Positions 1 to 12,768 are shown, counted from the first letter of the stretch. The stretch: DNA of 64,000 nt from Marsupella aquatica (GCA_973895155.1 OZ316893.1:16646645-16710644), one strand, 5' to 3'. Program-made: numbers and translations. Notes: generated by a model from the sequence alone, not told the origin.

Positions 1-56
1 TGGCACAATTTGATGAGATCTGGACTGACTCTCTCTACTTCCGACCTACTCTTGCT

Positions 57-626
57 ATGATGCTACTTCAAGGTGATGTAGAGATAGAGGATCCAGATTT
101 GGTTTTGGCATACTTCGGAAACTTTGCAGCCTATGCCCTGGATTTTGTGGTTTCTTTCCTGATGCAGAGTAAGAAGTCTACTGCTCTACAACATGATTAC
201 ATTCCTCAAGAGCCCAAAGTTACCCTTGTTTCAACCAGTTCATTGGCTGAGAAACAGAGGATTTGGAATAATGTCACCACTCAGACCTTGACACACTTCA
301 ACTGGTACTTCAGAGATGTCAGATGGAGACTTTGACCTTTCTATTCTAGGATGATGAATAGTGATGAGTTCCTGTATCATTATCCCCAAGTATATGCTGC
401 TACCTGCAACAACTATGATGTGATCGGAATGTACAGAGAAGCTCTTCGTATAGATTCATGTTATTTGATGAAGAGAATGCCTTTGATGTATCCTGAGAGA
501 CAACTGAGATGCCTACCTTACTCCAGAGGATCCCCACGCCAAGCTGAGCTGATAGAGGTTACCCAGAATCAAACTATTACCCTTGTGGAGCTACTCGAAC
601 CAGAGGACATCCGACAGCAAGCTTGA
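57..626 (+). pseudogene. Degenerate ORF of unknown function upstream of the element X PBS
   Basis: ORFs 57..335 and 351..626 are in the same frame, separated by one TGA. The frame appears to extend to the window edge. Confidence 0.4.
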
Positions 627-825
627 AGAAGTCTTTAAGTGTTTTTAGTTAGTTTTTAGAGTAGTGCATCTCATCTGATTTTTATAAAAGCGTTCTAGAG
701 CTTTGGAAGCTGTCATACTTCTTTAGTGTATAGTCTGTACCTAGGAAAACCTCCTGGCAAAATCTCAGAGTTTTCTAACTTATAGTTAGGAAGTTTAAAA
801 TAGTTGAATTCATCAAGTCTTTACT

Positions 826-972
826 TTACCGCGATTACGAGTTACGACTTAGTTAGACTTTTACGAGTTTAAGAGTTTACTAGTTCACAGCTTTTACTAG
901 TTTAAGAGTTACTAGTTTACGATTACGAGTTCCGACAGATTTCCGATTATGAGTTTAATACTTTACGAGTTC
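826..972. repeat. Degenerate TTACGAG(T)/TTACTAG/TTAAGAG short tandem repeat cluster
   Basis: Multiple ttacgag-like units in otherwise CpG-poor DNA. A second cluster of the same motif lies at about 3462-3535. Confidence 0.7.
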
Positions 973-1897
973 AGACTTAGTCATTTTTCTGACTTTTCAC
1001 TCGCAGTTTTGTAGTTTTAAAATTTTGAGAGGTATGAAGAGGCATGTCTCTTCGACCCTGTGACCTCTCACTCAGTAGATTTTGACTATAAGATAGCTCT
1101 ACCATGAGTGTAGATGATGGTAAAATTTAGCAATTTTTGCCTTTCCTTGGTGTTCTGCCAGTTGATCATGAATGTTAAGAGTTCAAGATCAAGCTTGACA
1201 CCAGGAGAAGACTTTCCTCCTTCTTGTGGTTTAATCCTTTGAATAAATCATGGGAAGTAAAATCCCTTTTGTGTAAATCTTATGAGATATGATGACAGAT
1301 TCCTCTTTGGTGACTCATTACAATCTCCTGAGTTCTTAAAGTTAACTCATTGAGTTTAAGTCTTATTTGAAATTGATGGATTTTCTTTCATGTTGCTTAG
1401 TACCATCTAAATGTTGAAGTAGCTACCTTTTAGATCTTATCTAAGTATCACTTAGAAAGAAAGGATAAGACATGTTGACGGCATTTTAAAGGAGTACTCT
1501 AGTAAGCAATTTAGATCTGAAAAGCAATATGGATTTGTATCCTTAAGTCTTTTCATTTTGACTTATGTCTAAGGAGTAACCTTGGAAAATTCCAGACTCC
1601 CTTAGCATACTTTTAGATATTTTTCCTTGTGTTTTGTTAATCATTCCCTTTTCATTAATTTATGGTTACATGATGCTGAGTTGTCATTGAAAACCACTCA
1701 CCGTTGTGGAGCGACCTTCAAAATACCTTATTAAAGTAATCAATTCTGATTACTATGTGTTAAAGAGAGTTCTTAAACTCTCATTTGTGTTTTTATGTAT
1801 CAAATCAACCCCATCTTGTTCTTTACGGGAACGAATACCGAGTTTGAAGACCTTTAAGTGTGTTTTTGGTTCTTCATAACAAACTACATGAGATTTT

Positions 1898-1915
1898 TGG
1901 CGCCGCTGCCGGGGA
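1898..1915 (+). promoter_or_regulatory. Primer-binding site of element X (tRNA-Asp type, Athila-like)
   Basis: TGGCGCCGCTGCCGGGGA, one mismatch from the TGGCGCCGTTGCCGGGGA PBS typical of Athila-type elements. Confidence 0.8.
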
Positions 1916-2205
1916 ACAAATCAAGGTTGATTTGAAGTACAGGCAGGGAATGCCAAATGAAGGATTGAATTTGTTAGGTTTTGGAACAAAACACATTGAT
2001 AATTGTTATCATGGACCCCACTGGAGAATGGGCCATTCCAAGGCTAGAGATTCGACCTTACACGGTGGAAAATGCACCAGTTGCATTTAGGGAAAGAGTT
2101 GAAGAAGAAAACCTCTCCATAATTCTGGAAAGAAGGAAGAAGGCTAAGGCCAAGAGAGAAAGATTAAGTGGTGCCTAGAAGAGGAAGAGGGAGTATTCTC
2201 AAGTT

Positions 2206-3078
2206 ATGGTAAGGAAAAGCCGACCTCAAAAGAAAGAAAGAGCTCAGATTAAATTGAGGGAAAGACAAACTTATGTTGTCAAAAGTACTTGTCAAGGAGG
2301 AAGAGCAAAAATTTTAAAGAGGTCAGAGGGAAGTTATTATTGGAGTTTAGGCCTGGTTGAGGTAAACTCATTTGATACAAATGTATTCCTTAATAGCCTC
2401 CTGATTTTTAAGAGTTGTGAAAATGGGAAATTACATCTGGAGGAAGGAACCTGGGATGAATATTTTGACCAAGTTACCATTCCAGAAATATTAAGTCACA
2501 CCTGTATAGAGGAGGAAGTTTTGGAAGGTAAAATTGAGCAAGAATTGGATAAGGCACTGGAGATTTTGAAGAACAATCCTAGATGGAGGGAAAATCTAGA
2601 CCAAGCTCTTAATGAGTTTTATCAAAATTCAAATGTCTTATTGGATTTGGAGAAACCGGTAATGACCCCTAATAGAAGAGCATTAATAGGGTCACTAAAG
2701 TGGCTTAATAAAGAAGGATGGATCCTTGTTAAAAGAAGGCACAGTTCATTTAGAGAATCTTCATTTAAATGGATTAAGGATCTACCCTCCTCCTGCAAAG
2801 TGGTGAATTTGGTGGTGTTGAAGAGAAAAGGTTTGGAAGGATTCAAGCTCCAACCTATACCGGAGGAATTTGACCTTGATTTTCTGTTAAGGAAGCATAA
2901 GCAAGAATATTTATTTTTGACCAAGGAAGAGGAAGAGGGAATTGAAAATAAATTAAATAAGTTACACCTACTTGAATTCCCTTGGACTGATCATATTGAC
3001 AGCATTGAGAATGCAGTGAATAATTATGAACCAATGGTTCAATTAAGGATGATAGAGGAATATTTGATAGATTTTTAA
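2206..3078 (+). CDS. Extra 290-aa ORF between PBS and gag of element X, unknown function
   Basis: Uninterrupted ATG-started ORF in AT-rich sequence, with smaller same-strand ORFs either side (1981..2178, 3110..3361). No recognisable motif. Confidence 0.5.
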   Translation: MVRKSRPQKKERAQIKLRERQTYVVKSTCQGGRAKILKRSEGSYYWSLGLVEVNSFDTNVFLNSLLIFKSCENGKLHLEEGTWDEYFDQVTIPEILSHTCIEEEVLEGKIEQELDKALEILKNNPRWRENLDQALNEFYQNSNVLLDLEKPVMTPNRRALIGSLKWLNKEGWILVKRRHSSFRESSFKWIKDLPSSCKVVNLVVLKRKGLEGFKLQPIPEEFDLDFLLRKHKQEYLFLTKEEEEGIENKLNKLHLLEFPWTDHIDSIENAVNNYEPMVQLRMIEEYLIDF

Positions 3079-4060
3079 CACTAAGTAATTATAGATGAAG
3101 TAACTCCAAATGCCACCTATCAGATCATTAGGGTCCCTTAGGGTGAGAAATTTACATAATAGGTATGTACAAACTTGGGTGTTATCTCTAAGAGGGAGAA
3201 GAGGGATGCATTGGCTATCTATTACTTGGTGGGAAGGAGTAAATCTACATTTGGTTATTTTAAGGCTAAATGGAAGAATTACCAGGGAGGAATATGTAGT
3301 GATTTCTATGCAAGACTTAGCTAGAACATTGATGCAAAGACAAAATAGGGGACTCAGATAAAGTAAGGTTAGCCAAAGCATTGAGAAATCAGAAGTGGAG
3401 GGGGTACTTTGCTATTAAGGACTCACCGAGATACAAGGGGATAAGGCATTGCGGGTTAACCCTTACGAGTTACGAGTAAGCGTCGTGACGATTACTACTT
3501 TACGAGTTACAGTCGACTCTACGAGTTTACGAGTATAGGAGTTCATGCGTTTATGGGTATACGTGTTGACGAGTATACGGGGCACAAAGAAGAGTCGCAC
3601 CCCGTCAACAACTCTATGAAACAACGCGACCATTGCGGACTCCGGATGCAGAGAGGTGTCAACCGAAGGGGCATACTGGCCATGGATCGAGCAAACCTGG
3701 AAGGGCATGGAGTAGAGACACGACAAAACAATGTGACCATTGAAGTTGTCTCTTGAGAAGGAGGACCTTCAAGCCATCACACCCGACAACTCTCTTCCAA
3801 AGAAAATGTCTTTCAGAATGAGGAATGACTGACAAAGGGAAGCGCAATTGGAAGTCACGACGCAAAGAAAAATCAGCATCAGAATCATCGCAAGAGACGC
3901 TTAAGCCTCGAGAATTACTCCAAGATTTCCAATCACCCGATTTTCCATCACCTGGGAGTGTAGCGGAAAGAGTTACGCTCATCCAACAGAGTGCAGCAGA
4001 AGGAACTGTGAATAAACCTGCAACTAGTCGACCAGTGGTGTATAAATTACGTTTGAGAGA

Positions 4061-5122
4061 TGTCGCGCCACTAACCTGGGCCTTAAATCCAGTTTAGTGC
4101 CATGGTGCGACCTCGACCACCAGTAAGGGTGAGGGTTTGGGCAAGGAGGTGTGTAGTGACCTCAATTAGCCCTAAGTCGGGCTAAGTCGATATACTTACC
4201 GATATAACACCTGAATAATTCGTACTAGTCATAGGTATATTTGTTTTCCACCGCAGGAATATTCCCTCAGTTAGTGACTCGGACTAACTCCCGGCTTGGG
4301 GCCTTTCAAGCCATCGACACGACAGGACCTTGTGACATACAATGAGTGGCAATCCCTACCATTAGTCCGCACCCGGTACGTCCCTTAAAATGGCGCCTTT
4401 ACCCAGACAAAGCATACACACAACACCAGTTACTTGCAGAAACATTAGGGGGAAAAGACTACATTTACTCAGCGAAGCATCAGTTTACATGGTTGACTCG
4501 ACTTCAAAGGGGGTCAGCAGGCCCAACGGCAGTCGATGCCCAGTCTCTACGAGGCCCTGCCTCGCACTTGCCCAGCAAGCTCGACTCTGGCTCTCACTCC
4601 TTGGTGCACTCTGACCCTGCTCAGGCCGGGACTCCCCGTGCCTCACCTTCCCTCTGCTGAGATAACTAAGCCTTCTCCCTTGATAATCTCCTTGTAAAGG
4701 TCGACTCGATTCAATCAGCAGGGCGAGTGGGTGGCAACGTACGCGAATTCAAAGAAAGGTAGACATGAGCAAATGGCCCACAGCACCATCGGCTCCTCTC
4801 TTATGAAGGTGCCAGGATGAGCTCGAGCGTGAGAAGGCCAGGCCGTTTTGGTCATTGATAGCGAGCTGAAGTCGGCGCCTCGGTCCAAGCGTGATTCTTC
4901 TAACTGATTTTTACTCCGTTGCCGCCACCGTACCTCGGTCGCGCGTAATAATCCCCTTCCTGAACTCGTAATGATTCGATCATCTTAACCTACTCCTAAT
5001 CTAATCATAATGGCAACAGACGGCTATACGTGCTATTCTACACTATGGCTACGGTCCTAATGACCGTATAAGTCCTAATCTACGACCTGGGTTCGGTCAA
5101 GTGACACGTTACCCGTGTCACA
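4061..5122. mobile_element. 1062-bp solo LTR
   Basis: TGTCGCG…TGTCACA termini, 5-bp TSD AGAGA (4056-4060 and 5123-5127). Excision restores the gag frame. The left end resembles the family B LTR end. Confidence 0.85.
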
Positions 5123-5837
5123 AGAGATGTGCAATATGTACCTGTAAAAGCAAAGAAGAAGGGAGCAGATATTGTCAAATCATTGAGTAGATCACGAAGT
5201 CTGGGTGAATATGAAGGCACACCCTCATTTCAAACCATTGGCATTAATAATTCCGGAACTTCACGACATGGAAATGTAATCGAAGGGGAAACCCAACGAA
5301 CTAACTCTGTGACTTTGGATTATGATTCCCTTACTCCTTTGCAGACAAACTCTGGTGAAGCATTCGGATTAGAAGAACTACCCCCTCTCACAACCGAACT
5401 TTATTCCAATCTGATTGGGTTAGGAAATTTCAGTGGCAATACCAGTGCTACAAGTTCAACCAGCACTACTATTTCACTAATTTCTCATTTACCTCTGACA
5501 TCCCAAGGGCCAATTCTGAGCACAGGATCCCAACAGACTGGTGGATCGGCCAGGGTTAACCCAGTACCTACTCCAATAAGAAGAATTCAAATGGCCAGGA
5601 ATAATATTCGCTATGACACCTTCAAAGGGACATCTAAAGAAGATGCTGAGACATTTTTAAAGGAATTTGAAGTTGCGGCTACCTCCAATGGACAAACTCA
5701 AGATGCTGAGAAGGCCACCATTTTTGGAGGATTATTAAAGAAAAATGCCCAGAAATGGTATGACAGATTTCCAGATAAAAATGATTGGGGGAAAACTAAA
5801 ACAGCCTTTCTAGACAAATATAAAGAGGATGGAGTTG

Positions 5838-8800
5838 TGTGGTGCGTCCCATGGCTCCCTAAACCCAAGAAACCCCCCAGCTCAAGCCGATTCCCGTAGG
5901 TTTCGTGCTTGGCGAGGCCGTTTCCGCGGCTTAGCGGCATGGGACGCTGCTAACCTTCTACTACTACTATTAACATTTTACACACATATACTGGACAGAT
6001 CCTTCATCGGGTCATGAGATACGTAGCCGGCCTAATATAGGCCTTCCCCTGTCTTCCCCTGTCTTCCCCTCCGTCTTGTTAGGTATGTTTGGATTCCGCC
6101 GCCGGAATGATCCCCAATAGGCTTGGTTAAGCCGCTAAGACCTCTCTCAGCTCGACACATCCAACTCTCACTCCCCTGCTTACTTTCCTTCCTTCTGTTG
6201 ATGTGGGCACTCTTCACACAAGTTAATGCGACACACAAATAGCAAAATGACTCATTCTGACTGAGTCATACCATGCACTTGCCATACAAACAGTACATCT
6301 CATACACAAGTTCTGCGAACTAAGCCGTGAGGCCAACTCTATTCAGCTCTTAGGCATGAGGAAACATGAATATACACAAGGGTCACTGTATGACTAACCG
6401 AGAGCTTCTCGTACTACTTGATCCCAGCCCGGCTGGTGCAAACTAAAAACTTGCTAAAGAAGAGGCCCTGAGCTCCCCGCTGCCCAGGTACTTATCCTGG
6501 TAGTGGATCCGCCATTCTTTGCATCGTAAGCCTAATCTACCTGACAGTAATCTACTTGCCCGAATCTACCTATGTACAGCAAGGCAGGAGCACAAGTGTT
6601 GCTCCTACCAGTGGGACCGCAATCCCACTAAGCTAAGTGTCAGGGCCGCTCCTGGTTCTGATCCTAATCCTAAACGTGGAGATCCGCGCCCGCCCTGCCC
6701 ACTCACGCCTCCTCCCTCCACGTCCGCCCTCCCTAAAAGGAACGGCGCCCTTGCACCGTCACGACACCGGTGGTGGATCCTCAATGGACGCCCCCAACAC
6801 TTCCTCCTCAACCATTGCCGTTGGCCCGCCTACTGACAGATTACCTGCCCTTGACCGAGTCAACTCTCCATCGGCCTGACTGGGTCCACCTTCGGCTTCA
6901 GCCTCGACACCGGCCTCGGCAATACCCACGGCTTCGGCTTCAGCCACTCCCTCGGCTTCGGCCTCCCCTTCCCCTAGGGTAGTTGGATCCTTAGCCGTGA
7001 CCCTGTCTGGGGTCGGTGCTGGGTCTACCTCCTTGATCACCACGGCCTGTGAAGTCGTATTACTCCTTGACCCTGAAGGTTTCCGCTTCTTCTTCGTTAG
7101 TGGCTCGGCAGCTGGTCCCTTCCCCTTCCCACTTACTTCCGGCACTGGTGCAGTTGACGCGGCTTGTCCTTCGGCAATTACCACCCCTGGTAACTGGTTT
7201 GTCCCAACGGGAGATGGACCTGCTGCAGCTAAGCATTTAAATACTGCGGCTTGTTTCTTCAGCCGCTCTGTTTGGTTGTCGGCCCGCCGCTGTAGGTTCT
7301 CCATCTTCCTCGTGATTTCCTCCAACTCCTCTTGGGTTTCATCCAGGTCCTTACGTGCCCCCTCCAGCTCGTTTTTGGCCTCCTCCTGCTCCCTGTGGGC
7401 TTCCTCCAATTCCTTCTTCAAGGTAGCCCTCTCCTCCTGGGTTGCTCTTAGCTCCTTGTCGAGCTCTGCAATGATGACAGACTCCATCTGGTTCATCTTG
7501 GCGTAAGTCTGTTCGAGTATCTCGTCCTTCTCCCTTAGGTCGGCCTTGAAGCTGGCCGTCAGGGACGCAAGCTCCTGCTGCAGCGCCATAATCCCTTGAT
7601 AGGATTTCCCTAACTCGACCTCCTGCTGCTCAAGGGCTCCGCGGATTTTCTCGAGCTCCCCTTTCAACGCCCATTCCTTTCTTTGGGTCTCCGCCATGGC
7701 CCGGCTGTTGGCTGTTATGTGGGCCTCCTCTGTATTCTTCAGCTCTTGCTTCCACTTCTCCCTCTCTTTGATCGTGTCGGCCAACTCTTCCTGCGTCTGA
7801 GTCAGTTTATCCTTGATATTTTGATTATCAGCCTGCGCGGTGTCCAACTGCCCCTGCATGATGTTCAGCTCATGTCGTTTAATCCGCAGTTCATCTTGGG
7901 CTTTCTTGGCCGCCCTTAGATCTTCAATCTCGGCTTCCATCCTCCTAAGCCGCCGAATGACCTCGTCCTTCTTGCTTCTCTCTAAAGCCACCGCTTCTTC
8001 TAATTGGTGCTTCTCCAACTGCTCCCTATGGAAAAAGGGTCCTACCTCCAACTCCTCTCCAAAGATGCCGAGCGCAAGTTCCCCACACATCTCACCATAC
8101 TCCATGGCTCTATTCTTAGCGTAGGTGGAGTAAGTAGAAGTGATCGGCATCGCCCATCGTGGCCTCTGCTCCCAAGCCGTCCTGCGGATCTCTTCAATCG
8201 TGGCTAGAGGTTTGCTTCCTTTTTCGGCTAGCCGCCTGATGTCCTCCGGCCAATCTCCTCCTGGTAAATCCTTTTCCTTAGCCAGGGCGGCCTCTTCCTC
8301 CTGCTTGATTCGCTCCTGAAATTCCTGCACCGTCTGTTTTATGCCGTCGAAGCTCGGGGGAGCAACATCTGGTGGGGAAGACTCAGGGCTACTCTGCTGG
8401 TTGGGGTCCCCTCGCACTACCCTTGGAAGTGTGGGGACAAACCGGCCACAGGTCCTTACTCCTGGAACGTGATGGTCCGACCCATAGCCGGAATTATCAT
8501 GGCTGCAGTCCTCCACTGCCTCCTCTACCTCTTGGACGTCCGGCTTCTCCCTCTCCTCTTCGTCGGTAGGAGCTTCAGGCAATTCTGCCTCAGATTCGGA
8601 GCTTGAGGTTCCCACGTACATTCGAACACCTGGATTCCGGCCTGATTCTCTCCTTGTCTCCAGCAAAGGGGTTTTCTCTTGTGAGCCGGTGTAGGCCTAC
8701 CTCTGTAGTAGTGTCCTGCATTGTTGCCGTTGCCGTTGTTGTTGCCGATGCCGATTTCTTTTCTTTCTCCAGTAGTTTCAACAGACTCTGCATGCCTGGT

Positions 8801-10464
8801 TGTTGCATCGGCAAGTCTTCCTTCCTGGGCCTAAACACCTGCTCGATCGTAGGACTAACAGGTGGTTGAGGCTTCTCAGCCAACGGCCTCGGCGTTGGAG
8901 CTTCCTCGGGTGCCCTTACCTGCAGGGGAAGTACCGGGGCAAAAGTCTGACCTCTGGCATACCGGCACAACAGCGGCATGTGATAGCCAAGCCGCGACAC
9001 TCTCCCCATGCCGATTACCTGCTGCTCCTCCTTTAAGATCTTCTTCAATTGGTTGAGGAGGTACCCGTTGTAGTCCCGGCTTGGGTCTGGCCTTTCTGCC
9101 AGATAGACCTGTGCCTTGCCGATCTCTGCCCTCGGCAAGTTACAATGCATGGTCACCCGCAAGAAGTCGATCATCTCTCCTATGTGCGGGTTGGTGCAGG
9201 TGTTCCGGAAGAAGCCATTCTTCGTTGATGGCCCGGGGAACGACCGGAACTCCTTGTCAGGCAAGGTCTTCCTGGTATCAACTTTGGTCTTATTGCCTAT
9301 CGGCAGGCCAAACACTTCGGCAATTACCTTGGGAGTAAGATAGAAATCCTTCCCATATATCCTCGTGCAATTGGTCTCGGGTTCCCATGACCCCACGAAT
9401 TCTAATAGGTCTGACTCCGATACCTCCGGCTTCAGCCATGGTAATCTTACAAAGGCCTCCAAGCCGGATCCGGCCATGAAGCCTTGGTACTTCTTGGTCT
9501 GCATGGCCGTAAAGCATGCATCCTCCTCCCGTGCAAAATGTAGTTGCACCTCCACCGGTAGGGTTGCCGCCCAGCCCTTCCAGGTGTCATCCCTGGTTGG
9601 AATGGCCTTGATGGGATCGACCTCCTCCTCTTCGGCTTCTCCCTGCCTCCTGCTCTGCTGCTCGGCTGGCCTCTTTGGTGCCGCCGACCTCGTTCTTTTT
9701 GCCGGGGTGGCTTCATCGTTGACGGCCCCCTTCCTCTTCATCTCTGCTGCCGTGGAGGTTTCTCCTAGCACCGTTGCCTGGGTCCACCTTTCCGTGCTAC
9801 CCTTTAATTCCCAGTGTATGTCGTTGCAGTTCTTGATGGCCTCTCGGATGCCGACGACGCTGTCTTTGCAAAACAGAAGATCGTCGAGTTGATTGGAAGT
9901 AGGCGTCCACAGGAACTCGTCCTTGATGAGTTCGCCTCCTAAGAAAGCCGTCTTCTGCAGCTCCCACAATTGAGCGAGCTCCTGCCGTTCTCGAGCTGCC
10001 CTTTCTGACTCCTCATCCTCGTAAGTCTTGATGTACTCAGTTGCCCGTTCGAACAGACATCCCCAGAAATGTGCCGCTTGATTGACGTTGCTCATACCCT
10101 CCTTAGGTCGATCGTCGGTATCTACTCTCTCCCCGAGTGCTTGCCTAAGCAACTAACAGTAGCCTCCCGTAGTCGTCTGCCTAGTTCGTGCTCGCAAATG
10201 AGCCACCATCTCCTGCAAGCGCTCCTTACCCCTCTCCTCTGCCGGTCCTTCTTCCCGTTGATCCTTCCTAGCCGCCGACGCTTAACGCGCCCTAACCCTA
10301 ATCGGGTTTTCACCCTTAGCCTTACCTCCGGCCTCGGCCCGGGTTCCATGGTTGCCCCTAATTGTTTATATTTTCCTTGTTTTGTCCCTATACTAAGGTG
10401 TTCCTAGGGTGCCTTCCTGCTTTACCCACTTAACCGGCCGAGTGATTCCTGTCTAGGTATCACA
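5838..10464 (-). mobile_element. Solo LTR of family A (4.6 kb, ORF-containing)
   Basis: TGTGGTGCG…TATCACA termini, TSD AGTTG (5833-5837 and 10465-10469). Near-identical to LTRs 30554-35228 and 41453-46103. Confidence 0.95.
6759..10349 (-). pseudogene. Frameshifted copy of the family A LTR-encoded protein
   Basis: ORFs 10122..10349, 8590..10152 and 6759..8666 are consecutive pieces of the intact 1215-aa ORF at 31466..35113, broken by small deletions. Confidence 0.9.
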
Positions 10465-10559
10465 AGTTGAAGCAAGGGCCTTTGCAAGGATTTCTCAACT
10501 AACTATGAAGAAACATGGTTCAGTGAGGAAATATGCAGACAAGTTACTTGATCTGGTGG

Positions 10560-11784
10560 AACATATCCGGTAACAGAACTGCAAGTCATCCAATCAGCAA
10601 GCAAGGCAAGTGGAAGAAGACTCAACCACCTGCCAAGATCCCCATCACAGGCCTTCGCCAATGCACTAATGATCTGAACATGACCTCGTTCAGATTTCCC
10701 ATTGCCTTCCGGATTGTAACTTGAGGTAAGCTTCAACTTGATTCGGTACTGGTTGAAAAACTCTTGAGCTTCCTTGGAGCTCAGCTCCCCCTATCAGCTC
10801 TCATCCTTGTAAAACACCCTTGTCTCGCAATGATATCTTCCAAAATAAACTGACAAACAACAGTAGTCGTATTGGTAACCAAAGCTCTCCCTTCAACGTA
10901 AGAAGACAAGTATCTCGCCCCATTGCTTTCCCTTGGCATGTACACCACATCAACTGCCCATTGAAAATGTAGTGCCATCGGGTAAGTCGAAACCAATCCA
11001 TCTCTATGTCGGATCCTCGAATAGAACTGGCAGACTTCACAAGTCTCCATGTAATCCCGAACGCTCAAGTACAAACCAGGCCACCAATAAAGGTTCCTGA
11101 TTCTATCATAAGTTGCTTGAACCCCTCTGTGTCCAGGAACTTCCACATCATGGCTCTCTTTGAGAATTCGGTCCTTCTCAGCCTTCATTCCCACAACCCT
11201 TTGAAGTAACAGTCCCGGTTCCTTCGATCTTTGCCACAGGTATCCCTCCTTCAACAGGAACTTGTAAGACCTCTTTTGAATTCTCACAAACTCCTTGTAA
11301 TCCCACTCTGGTTGCTTCTCCAGAGTACTGATATACCTTCCAACATCCAACAACTCCCCCGAATAGAGTTCCTCCTTAAACTCTAGCTTTCCGTCAGCTT
11401 CAGAACTGGCCGCCCTACTCACTCGAGCCTCGACCTCATTTCCGAACCTGGCTCTTGAGAGCATGTCAGCAACCGGGTTATCCTTCCCAGCAATATGGCT
11501 CAACTCAGGGTCAAACATCCGAATGAAAGCAATCCATCTAAGCATCGCTATATCCGGCGTATCGCAGTTTGCTATCATTTCCAGTAACGATTGACAATCG
11601 GTCTCAATCACCACTGGAGATCCAATCAGGTAATTCCTCTCTTGATGGAGTGTCACTTTGGCACCCCAAAGCTCCCGTTTCACTTGGGCATATCTCCTTT
11701 GTCTTTCCATAAAGATCTTTGCCCCAACTCTGATCGCATACCTTTTGCCTTTCTCATCGTCCTGTCCAATAGCCCATCCAGCCG
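10560..11784 (-). pseudogene. pol: Element Y RNase H C-terminal part and integrase (truncated)
   Basis: VIETDCQSL, HIAGKDNPVADMLSR, zinc finger H…GHRG…CEVCQ, core WAVDVV / ADRG / YNPEGNGKSER. Contains frameshifts. Confidence 0.85.
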
Positions 11785-12165
11785 TGTGATGCCTAGCCAG
11801 GAATCACTAGGCCAGTTAGGTGGGGAAAATGGAGGTGTACCCTATAAACACATTAGTATAGTAACAAAAACAAGGAAAATATAAACAATTAAGGGTGACT
11901 ATGGAACCCGGGCCGAGGCCGGAGGTAAGGACACCGGGGGAGAGAACACGATTAGGATTAGGGCGCGCTAAGCATCGGCGGATAGGGGTAACCAACGGGA
12001 GGAAAGACCAGAGGAGGAGAGGGGTAAGGACCGCTTGCGAGGAATGGTGGCTCATTTGCAAGCACAAACTGGGCAGACAACTACGGAAGGCCAACTACTA
12101 TCAGCTGCTTAGGCAAGCACTCGGGGCGGGAGCAGATACCAATGATCGAGTCAAGGAGGGTATGA

Positions 12166-12230
12166 CGGGCATCACCACCGAGACAGGAAATAGGAAAACA
12201 GAACTCCTGTTAACAGGAAAACAGGAACCT
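12166..12230 (+). repeat. Left TIR/subterminal ACAGGAAA repeats of the MULE
   Basis: cgggcatcaccaccgAGACAGGAAATAGGAAAACAG…ACAGGAAAACAGGAA. Confidence 0.8.
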
Positions 12231-12768
12231 GTACCATGAATGTTTTGAAGTTTTGAGCCCACATTTTAGCGAAAGGTAACACTTGATCGGGTTCCTTACA
12301 ACAACTAAATGCAGTCACTTCTCCACCAAATATACATAAACCATCGAGTGGGTCCAACCATACACTGGTTGCTGATACGAAACACACTTGAAATGTTACT
12401 TATCTTAAAAATATCATCGGAATCGGAACTGTATTCTATAATATCGCTAGGCGCTAACAAAAAACAAACCAAGATTTCTAGCCCATTTAAATAAACTTAT
12501 TGCAAAAATACCTACTAGTGTAAGAGTTTAGATGAGAAGAATTCCATTCCCAGAATGTTAAGAAACGGAAATTTTGGTTGCAAACACAAGTACTTTAAAG
12601 AATCCATCCGGCCCATGAAATGAAAGAGATTCACTCAGAACGGGACAAACTTATGCTAGCGCCGGGCGCTAGCCATATATATTAACCAAATATGATCGTT
12701 GAAAAGAAATGAAACGTTGCAATGCGACAAATGAGGTTGGAGCCGTTCAACGTTACTAAATCTCTAGT

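Larger units (their letters stand above)
1..1895 (+). mobile_element. Probable 3' part of the 5' LTR of old Ty3/gypsy element X (start outside window)
   Basis: AT-rich, CpG-depleted DNA immediately upstream of a PBS at 1898. No second LTR is in the window, so the boundary is inferred. Confidence 0.45.
3825..10562 (+). pseudogene. gag: gag of element X, split by two solo LTRs and truncated at about 10560
   Basis: Removing the inserts restores one frame: 3825-4060 + 5128-5837 + 10470-~10562 (…YKLRLRD|VQYVP…FKGTSKEDAETFLKEFE…AQKWY…KYKEDGV|EARAFARISQLTMKKHGSVRKYADKLLDLVE). This is a retrotransposon gag motif pattern. Confidence 0.8.

Noticed and set aside
6519-10407. Many short + strand ORFs (60-175 aa) repeated in each LTR copy
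   Set aside because: They are antisense or alternative-frame shadows of the long ORF and recur only because the DNA is repeated.
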